64,000 nucleotides of DNA from Vicinamibacterales bacterium (lineage in GTDB: Bacteria; Acidobacteriota; Vicinamibacteria; Vicinamibacterales; UBA2999), in assembly GCA_038919385.1 (NCBI GenBank), contig JBCKZH010000002.1:6868-70867 (forward strand), written 5' to 3'. The position numbers were made by a program, and so were the translations under genes. Below the pieces are notes generated by a model. It was not told where the DNA came from. It saw only the letters and a list, made by a program, of their open reading frames with translations, and did no database searches. This document shows positions 57,854 to 64,000 of the stretch, one piece after another. The number at the start of each line of letters is the position of its first letter. Within the stretch, counting starts at the first letter, position 1.

Positions 57854-58689
57854 CGTGCCACTCGTCGAACGGGAACCACCGTCATGTGGCCGGTGCCGCT
57901 ATGCACATGCACATCGGCCTCGACGTCGTACAGCCGCTGCACGTTCTCCGGCGTCAGCACCTCATGGGTCGGCCCCGTCGCCAGCACCCGGCCATCGCGC
58001 ATCAGGATCAGTTCGCGGCAGATCGAGGCGGCGAGGTTCAGGTCGTGCGTCGAGATGGCCATGGTGACGCCGTGGTCCTGGTTGAGCCGTTGCAAGAGCG
58101 ACGACACCTCGAGTTGGTAGCCCAGGTCGAGCGACGCCGTCGGCTCGTCGAGCAAGAGCAGGCCCGCCGATTGCGCGAGCGCGGCGGCAATCACCACGCG
58201 CTGCTTCTCGCCGCCGCTCAGTTCGTGAAACGGGCGATCGGCGAGTGGCGCCGTGCCAGTGGCCGTCAGCGCCTCGCGCGCGATCCGGATGTCATCCGGC
58301 CCTTCCACGGTGAACACACCGAGGTGCGGATGGCGGCCCATCAGCACGATCTCGATCGCCGAGTACTCGAACACCAGCTCGGTCTCTTGTGGTACCACGG
58401 CGATGCGTCGCGCGACCTCGCGTCGCGACCAGCGGTCCAGTGGTTGGCCGTCGAGCAACACCCGTCCGGACGAAGGCTTGCGCGTGCCGCTCAGCAAGCG
58501 CAGCAGTGTGGTCTTACCTGAGCCGTTCGGGCCGAGAATGCCGACGAGTGCGCCGTCAGTGAGGCGCACGGACACACCGTCAACGACGAGGGGGCCGTCG
58601 GGGGCGTAGCGGAACGAGAGTTGGTCGGCGGAAAGCACTGCGCGTCGCCTCCCAGGCGTCTCACGCGCCTGAATGAGTGACTTGCCCAT
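57850..58689 (-). CDS. btuD: ABC transporter ATPase (BtuD/FhuC-like)
   Basis: GPNGSGKTTLL Walker A; LSGGEKQR; LLLDEPT. Confidence 0.9.
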   Translation of the reverse strand: MGKSLIQARETPGRRRAVLSADQLSFRYAPDGPLVVDGVSVRLTDGALVGILGPNGSGKTTLLRLLSGTRKPSSGRVLLDGQPLDRWSRREVARRIAVVPQETELVFEYSAIEIVLMGRHPHLGVFTVEGPDDIRIAREALTATGTAPLADRPFHELSGGEKQRVVIAAALAQSAGLLLLDEPTASLDLGYQLEVSSLLQRLNQDHGVTMAISTHDLNLAASICRELILMRDGRVLATGPTHEVLTPENVQRLYDVEADVHVHSGTGHMTVVPVRRVAR

Positions 58690-58692
58690 GAA

Positions 58693-58796
58693 CTGCCAGT
58701 CTCCTGACTCGCGGCGCGGGGCCGCTTACAGTGGCGGGACCGTGTGGGCTTCGCACCCAACTTCCCTGGCTGTCCTGGTACGCGTCTGTTGAGCCC
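58693..58796 (-). promoter_or_regulatory. cobalamin riboswitch
   Basis: Minus-strand AGGGAAGUUGGGUGCGAAGCCCACACGGUCCCGCCACUGUAAGCGG...GAGUCAGGAGACUGGC; the GCCACUG B12 box and the GGGAA/GGUG/CCCGC core; the 3' part overlaps the AGGAG RBS of btuD. Confidence 0.8.
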
Positions 58797-58820
58797 GAAT
58801 TGTAGCATCAGTTACAATGG

Positions 58821-58848
58821 AACCACGAAGGACGCGAAGGTCACGAAG
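58821..58848 (+). repeat. AACCACGAAG-SACGCGAAGG leader motif, copy 1
   Basis: aaccacgaaggacgcgaaggtcacgaag, ending 2 nt before the ATG at 58851. Confidence 0.6.
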
Positions 58849-58850
58849 TC

Positions 58851-59957
58851 ATGCTCCAGCGCTTGAAAACGGCGGGACTCGCCGAGATTGCCGACAAAGT
58901 CGAATCGCGCGAGCGGTTGTCGTTTGAGGACGCGGTCGCGCTGTTCGAATCGACGGATCTGCTGGCGCTCGGCTGGATCGCCAATCGCGAGCGCGAACGC
59001 CGCCACGGCGATCGCACCTACTTCAATCACAACCTGCGGCTCGAGGCGACCAACGTCTGCGAGGCGTCGTGCCTGTTCTGCTCGTTCGCGCGGCTGAAGG
59101 AAGGCGATGCCGGCGCGCAGACGATGACGCTCGAGCAGGTCTTCGCCAAGCTGCGCCAGCACGGCGATCAGCCGCTCACTGAAATTCACATCGTCAACGG
59201 CCTGCACCCCGGCCTGCCGTTCAGTTACTACACCGACCTGTTGACCGGCCTGAAGCAGATTCGTCCCGGCATCCACATGAAATGCTTCACCGCGGTGGAG
59301 ATCGCGTTCTTCGCGGACCACTACGGCAAGACCGATCGGCAAGTGCTGGTCGAGCTGAAGGCGGCCGGCCTCGATTCACTGCCCGGCGGTGGCGCCGAGA
59401 TCTTTGCCCCACGCGTGCGCCTGAAGATCTGCCACGACAAGTGTGATGCCGCGCGCTACCTGGCCATTCACCGCACGGCTCACGAACTGGGCATGCGCAC
59501 CAATGTGACCATGCTCTACGGTCACATCGAGACGACCGAAGAGCGCGTCGATCATCTGCTGCAGACGCGGGCGCTGCAGGACGACACCGGCGGGTTGCAG
59601 GCGTTCATTCCGCTGGCATTTCATCCCGACCACAACCAGATGCGAAAGCTGCCGCCGCCGGCAGCGAGCGAAACACTGAAGGTCCACGCAGTGGCGCGCC
59701 TGGTGCTCGATAACGTCGATCACATCAAGGCGTATTGGATTTCATGCGGAGTCGAAGTGGCGCAGACCGCGTTGTGGTTTGGCGCCGACGACCTCGACGG
59801 CACGGTGCAGGAAGAGACGATCTTCCACATGGCCGGTTCATCGACGCCGACGACGCTATCGACCGATGACATCGAACAGCTCATTCGCGACGCCGGCCGA
59901 GAGCCGATCGAGCGCGACACGCTGTATAACGTGGTGCGCATTCCGGCCCTGCGGTAG
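58851..59957 (+). CDS. futalosine-pathway radical SAM enzyme (MqnE/MqnC family)
   Basis: NVCEASCLFCSF CxxxCxxC; ...IHIVNGLHP...; GLDSLPGGGAEIF. Confidence 0.85.
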   Translation: MLQRLKTAGLAEIADKVESRERLSFEDAVALFESTDLLALGWIANRERERRHGDRTYFNHNLRLEATNVCEASCLFCSFARLKEGDAGAQTMTLEQVFAKLRQHGDQPLTEIHIVNGLHPGLPFSYYTDLLTGLKQIRPGIHMKCFTAVEIAFFADHYGKTDRQVLVELKAAGLDSLPGGGAEIFAPRVRLKICHDKCDAARYLAIHRTAHELGMRTNVTMLYGHIETTEERVDHLLQTRALQDDTGGLQAFIPLAFHPDHNQMRKLPPPAASETLKVHAVARLVLDNVDHIKAYWISCGVEVAQTALWFGADDLDGTVQEETIFHMAGSSTPTTLSTDDIEQLIRDAGREPIERDTLYNVVRIPALR

Positions 59958-59967
59958 GTCGCCTGAA

Positions 59968-60503
59968 TTCAGTGTGTTTGCCTCGGCAAACCCGAGGAGA
60001 GAACGGGGCCGCACGAACCGTTCGGCGGACTGACGCGTGAGCAGCTCGCAAGCGCGAAGCTGATCCTCTGGAAGGGCCACTGCTCGGTGCACGTGCGCTT
60101 CAGCGCGCAGCAAATCGAGAAAGTCCGGCTCGAGCACCCCGGCATCACGGTGATGGTGCATCCCGAAGTGCCGTTCGACGTGCTGCGGGCCGCCGACGAC
60201 AGCGGCTCGACCGAGTACATCCTGAAGCAAGTACGCGAGGGCCCGGTCGGATCGAAATGGGCGGTGGGCACCGAGGTCCACCTCGTCCACAGGCTGGCGG
60301 AAGAGGTGGCGCCGGACAAGACCGTCGTGTCGCTCGACCAGTTCGGCTGCCTCTGCTCCACGATGTTCCGCGTGTCACCGAACCACCTCTTGTGGGTGCT
60401 CGATTCGCTCCTTGATGACGAGGTGGTGAACGAAATCGTCGTGCCGGAAGAGGAGAAGAAATGGGCTAAGATCGCGCTAGATCGAATGCTCACGATTCAT
60501 TAG
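59968..60503 (+). pseudogene. nadA: quinolinate synthase NadA, 5'-truncated
   Basis: Homology starts at ...LILWKGHCSVH; HPEVP...GSTEYI; CLCSTMFRV; no start codon and about half of the protein missing. Confidence 0.75.
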
Positions 60504-60552
60504 ATGGCCGGGTCTGAGGATCAGACCCTACGACAGTTGACAGGAGACTTGC

Positions 60553-61155
60553 ATGGCTCATTCACTTCCCGCGCTGCCCTACGACGTGGCCGCGCTCGAA
60601 CCGCACATCGACAGCCAGACGATGCAGATTCATCACGGCAAGCATCATCAGGCGTACGTCACCAATCTGAACGCGGCGCTCGACAAGCATCCCGAGCTGC
60701 ACACCAAGAGCCTGGATGAGCTGATCAAAGGCATCAACAGCGTGCCGGATGACATCAAGGCCGCGGTCCGCAACAACGGCGGCGGCCATTGGAACCACTC
60801 GCTGTTCTGGACGCTGATGGCGCCCGGCGGCGGCGGTAATCCAACCGGTTTGGTCGCCGAGGCGATCAACAGTTCATTTGGTGATTTCGAGAAGTTCAAG
60901 GCCGGGGTGAACCAGGCCGGCACGACGCGCTTCGGCAGCGGCTGGGCGTGGGTGATCGACAACGGCGGCAAGCTCGAAGTGATGAGCACGCCCAACCAGG
61001 ACAACCCGTTGATGGAAGGCAAGAAGGCCATTCTCGGCATCGACGTGTGGGAACACGCCTATTACCTGAAGTACCAGAACCGCCGCCCCGACTACCTCGG
61101 CGCGTGGTGGAACGTGGTGAATTGGGCGGAAGTGAACAAGCTGCTCAAGGGCTAA
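60553..61155 (+). CDS. Fe/Mn superoxide dismutase
   Basis: [28 protein letters not shown]...DVWEHAYYL. Confidence 0.9.
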   Translation: MAHSLPALPYDVAALEPHIDSQTMQIHHGKHHQAYVTNLNAALDKHPELHTKSLDELIKGINSVPDDIKAAVRNNGGGHWNHSLFWTLMAPGGGGNPTGLVAEAINSSFGDFEKFKAGVNQAGTTRFGSGWAWVIDNGGKLEVMSTPNQDNPLMEGKKAILGIDVWEHAYYLKYQNRRPDYLGAWWNVVNWAEVNKLLKG

Positions 61156-61170
61156 CCCCCGAACCGACGC

Positions 61171-61220
61171 AACCACGAAGCACGCGAAGGATGAAGTATT
61201 TCTTCGTGCTCTTCGTGGTT
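61171..61220 (+). repeat. AACCACGAAG-SACGCGAAGG leader motif, copy 2, forming a hairpin that encloses the start codon
   Basis: AACCACGAAGCACG...ATG...CGTGCTCTTCGTGGTT. Confidence 0.6.
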
Positions 61221-62648
61221 GCCTTTTCGACCACCGCGCACGCGCAAGGTCCTCCCAGGGTTACCGGCACGCTTTCGAACCTCACCCGCGTCGAGTCGTG
61301 GTCGTTCTTTCAACCCCGCATCGACCCGCTGGCCCTGACCACCGAGCCGATTGGCGATCCGGACTACACTTTCATTGGCGATCGCGCAGAACTTGGCGTG
61401 CGCGTCGCGGGATCGCGCTTCGATTTCGGTGGCGCATTCAACTACGTCCGCCTCGAGAATCTGCCGACCAGGGCCATTGGTCCTGGCGGGTTGGGCACCG
61501 GCGCGTTCTACTTTGCCGCCACGGGCGTTCGTTACAGCTACCAGCTGTATCTCGGCGAGTTGACGCTGAAGGTCAAGGCTCGCGATGGCCGCGCGTCGTT
61601 GACGGTGGGCCGCATGCCGTTCGCGTCCGGTGCCGAATCTGCGTCCGCGAACGCGGCCCTCGAGACACTGAAGCGCGAACGGTTGCACTCGCGGTTGATC
61701 GGCAACTTCGAATGGTCCTACTACCAGCGCCGGTTCGACGGCGCGCGGTTGGATCTGAACCGAGCGCGCTGGCACGCGACCGCCGCCGTGTTCGTCCCGA
61801 CGCAGGGCGGGTTCGAGGAATCCACCAATCTCTCGATGCCGAAGGTGCAGGTGGGCATCGTCTCGTTGACACGCAGAAGGCAACCCCAAGAAGGGGTTGC
61901 CTCCACCAGCCATGCAGAGTGGCAACTGTTTGCCACGACTTATCGCGATCGTCGTGGCAAGGCAGCGGTCGTTGACAACACCGGTGCGGCCGACCAGCCG
62001 ATCGACGTCACGGTGTCGGCCGTCGGCGCCTCACACGCCCGCATCACGCCGACGCGCGTCGGCGAACTCGACACCGTGCTCTGGGGCGCGGGGCAGTTCG
62101 GGACGTGGTACGGCCAGCCACATCGTGCCGCCAGCGTGGCTGCCGAGATCGGGCATCGCTGGACCCGGGCCGCGGGCCGGCCGTGGCTGCGTGCCGGCTA
62201 CTTGTGGGCATCGGGGGATCGCGATCCAGGGAATGGCCGGCACGGCACGTTCTTCCAGATGCTGCCCTCGTCTCGGAAATATGCGTTGTCATCAACCTAC
62301 GCGCAGATGAACCTGAGCGACGCCTTCGTGCAGGCGTGGTTTGAACCCCGCGGGCTGAAGACGCGTATCGAAGTACATGCACTCGGGCTCGCCAGCGCGA
62401 GCGATCTCTGGTATCAAGGCAGCGGCGCCACCGCCAGCAACGGGCGCTACTTCGGGTTCTCGGGCCGCTCGTCCGGCGGGCAGCGGCGTCTGGGCACGGT
62501 GCTGGAGGGCGCGGTGGACGTGCCCATTCGGAAGTACTGGTCGGTGAATGGGTATGCTGGAACGATGTCGGGCAGTGACGTCGTGAAGCGAAGTTTCAGC
62601 GGTACCCGCCTTACGTTCTGGTTCGTCGAGAACGTCATTCGTTTCTGA
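61191..62648 (+). CDS. outer-membrane beta-barrel protein (alginate-export/porin-like)
   Basis: Signal peptide MKYFFVLFVVAFSTTAHA; alternating beta-strand pattern; C-terminal ...ENVIRF. Confidence 0.65.
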   Translation: MKYFFVLFVVAFSTTAHAQGPPRVTGTLSNLTRVESWSFFQPRIDPLALTTEPIGDPDYTFIGDRAELGVRVAGSRFDFGGAFNYVRLENLPTRAIGPGGLGTGAFYFAATGVRYSYQLYLGELTLKVKARDGRASLTVGRMPFASGAESASANAALETLKRERLHSRLIGNFEWSYYQRRFDGARLDLNRARWHATAAVFVPTQGGFEESTNLSMPKVQVGIVSLTRRRQPQEGVASTSHAEWQLFATTYRDRRGKAAVVDNTGAADQPIDVTVSAVGASHARITPTRVGELDTVLWGAGQFGTWYGQPHRAASVAAEIGHRWTRAAGRPWLRAGYLWASGDRDPGNGRHGTFFQMLPSSRKYALSSTYAQMNLSDAFVQAWFEPRGLKTRIEVHALGLASASDLWYQGSGATASNGRYFGFSGRSSGGQRRLGTVLEGAVDVPIRKYWSVNGYAGTMSGSDVVKRSFSGTRLTFWFVENVIRF

Positions 62649-62832
62649 CCTGGAGGCTGAATTGACAGCAGACCGCTTACCGCGAACCCGATCCGTCGTT
62701 GGTGACGATCACGCACCTCACCTACGGCCTGCACGCCCTCGGCTTGGCCATCGGCGCCTTCGGCGCCTCGACCATCGTCGGGGCCTTCCTGTTCGGCTGG
62801 CTCGGCGTCCTTTTGTGTTCTCTGTGGCTAGA

Positions 62833-64000
62833 TCAGAACAACTTCACGTCGACAATCTCGCCCTTCTCCGCGATGTCAGTCTGCGCCGGGATCTCGATGT
62901 AGCCGTCGGCCTGTGACATCGACGTGATGTCACCAGAGGCTTTGAACGCCGGCATCGCCTGCCCGTCGACGATTCTCACCGTGTAGAACTGGTGGCGGCC
63001 GGTCGTCGACACAATCCGCTGGCCGAGCGGCAGGCGCACCGTGTGCGTGTGACGGGGCCGCAGCCGCGCGATGGCGCGCAGCGCCGGCACCAGCAGCAGG
63101 TAGGCGTTCGACAGGCACGAGGTCGGGTAGCCCGGCATGCCGAACATGGGCTTACCCTGGATGGTGCCAAACGCTGTTGGCTTGCCGGGCTTGACGGCAA
63201 TACCGTGAAACGCGATCTCGCCGCGCCGGCGGATGGCATCGAGGACGAGGTCGCGTTCGCCGACCGAGCTGCCGCCGGAAAACACCAGCACGTCGCACGA
63301 CAGGCAGGCATCGATCGCGCGATCGAGCGCCTCGATGGTGTCGTGCGCGGTGGCGAAGGGTACGGGCACGCTGCCGTGCTCCTGGATGATCGTGCTGAGC
63401 GTGAACTTGTTGATGTCGTAGATCTGGCCCGGCTGCAACTCCTGGCCGGGGTCGACGATCTCGTTGCCGGTCGAGAGAATCGCGACGGTGGGCTTCGCGT
63501 AGACCTCGACGTCGCCGCCGCCGAGTGCGGCCAGCGCGCCGATGCGGCTGGGATTGAGCACGTCGCCATCGCGGATCACGGTCTGGCCCACCGCGATGTC
63601 AGCGCCCTGCCGGCCCACGTTCTGGCGCGGATAGACCGGCGTCAACACGCGGACGTCGTCTGCGGCGCGCTCCGTTTGCTCGACCATCACCACGGCGTCG
63701 GCGCCAGCGGGCATCGGCGCGCCGGTGGCGATCTCGACGGCGGTGCCGGGTGTCAGTTGCCGCGTCGGCACCTGGCCGGTGTAGACCTTCTCGATCACGC
63801 GCAGCGTCTTGGGCTCGTAGCGGCTGGCGCCGAAGGTGTCGTCGGCGATCACGGCAAAGCCGTCCATGCCGGCGCGCGCGAAGGGCGGCACATCGCGCAT
63901 CGACTGCACGTCGGCGGCGCTGACGCGGCCGTTGGCGTCGATCAGAGCGACACGCTCGCGGCGTTCGATCGGCTTGCACGCGGCGGCGATCAGCTCACGT
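62833..64000 (-). CDS. moeA: molybdopterin molybdenumtransferase MoeA (N-terminus beyond the window)
   Basis: PPFARAGMDGFAV; GADAVVMVE; LSTGNEIV; FSGGSSVGERD; the frame is open to the window end. Confidence 0.85.
   Translation of the reverse strand, partial: RELIAAACKPIERRERVALIDANGRVSAADVQSMRDVPPFARAGMDGFAVIADDTFGASRYEPKTLRVIEKVYTGQVPTRQLTPGTAVEIATGAPMPAGADAVVMVEQTERAADDVRVLTPVYPRQNVGRQGADIAVGQTVIRDGDVLNPSRIGALAALGGGDVEVYAKPTVAILSTGNEIVDPGQELQPGQIYDINKFTLSTIIQEHGSVPVPFATAHDTIEALDRAIDACLSCDVLVFSGGSSVGERDLVLDAIRRRGEIAFHGIAVKPGKPTAFGTIQGKPMFGMPGYPTSCLSNAYLLLVPALRAIARLRPRHTHTVRLPLGQRIVSTTGRHQFYTVRIVDGQAMPAFKASGDITSMSQADGYIEIPAQTDIAEKGEIVDVKLF

Noticed and set aside
62699-62902. 67-aa hydrophobic ORF (VTITHLTYGLHALGLAIGAFGAS...) between the porin-like gene and moeA
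   Set aside because: It may be the 5' fragment of a small membrane-protein gene. Its 3' part overlaps the end of moeA by ~70 nt and becomes non-protein-like. Support is too weak for a call.

Overview
High-GC bacterial chromosomal window. The gene content (a CarboxypepD_reg-type TonB-dependent receptor, TolB-propeller and NHL-repeat proteins, a GT39-TPR protein) resembles soil Acidobacteriota-like genomes. That is an impression from reading the proteins, not a computed assignment. Intact housekeeping blocks: (1) CoA-transferase / homoserine-dehydrogenase-family / aminotransferase; (2) cysM-mec-cysO::moeZ sulfur-carrier cysteine synthesis; (3) an Rrf2-iscS-iscU-like-iscA cluster directly followed by sufD-sufS-sufU-sufT; (4) a cobalamin-riboswitch-controlled btuDCF operon carrying a DUF71 PP-loop ATPase; (5) mqn radical SAM, SOD and moeA. 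There is also a set of exported D-stereospecific enzymes: two Tat-signal alanine-racemase-like paralogs, DppA, D-aminoacylase and an S9 peptidase. Accessory content: an IS91-family (Y2 transposase) remnant, three copies of its structured terminus, a 3.4-kb foreign-looking cassette between two identical 70-bp termini, several toxin-antitoxin modules (VapBC, orphan HigA, RES-Xre, a degraded AbiE), a truncated dcm and a low-GC orphan gene. Most notable points: (a) an AhpD-family gene with an in-frame TGA at the CxxC position plus a downstream stem-loop, a selenoprotein candidate; (b) a 41-42-nt hairpin element inserted three times into the transposase ORF in both orientations, with a compensatory stem mutation; (c) a dispersed CAAGCCG heptamer-array family that also runs through the 5' coding ends of sufS and btuF; (d) a very high density of truncated or fused genes, including in-frame sufB'::'sufC and DUF2063'::'DoxX fusions. 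No rRNA, tRNA or CRISPR array was recognised. All calls come from reading the ORF translations and the sequence by eye. No database search was run.
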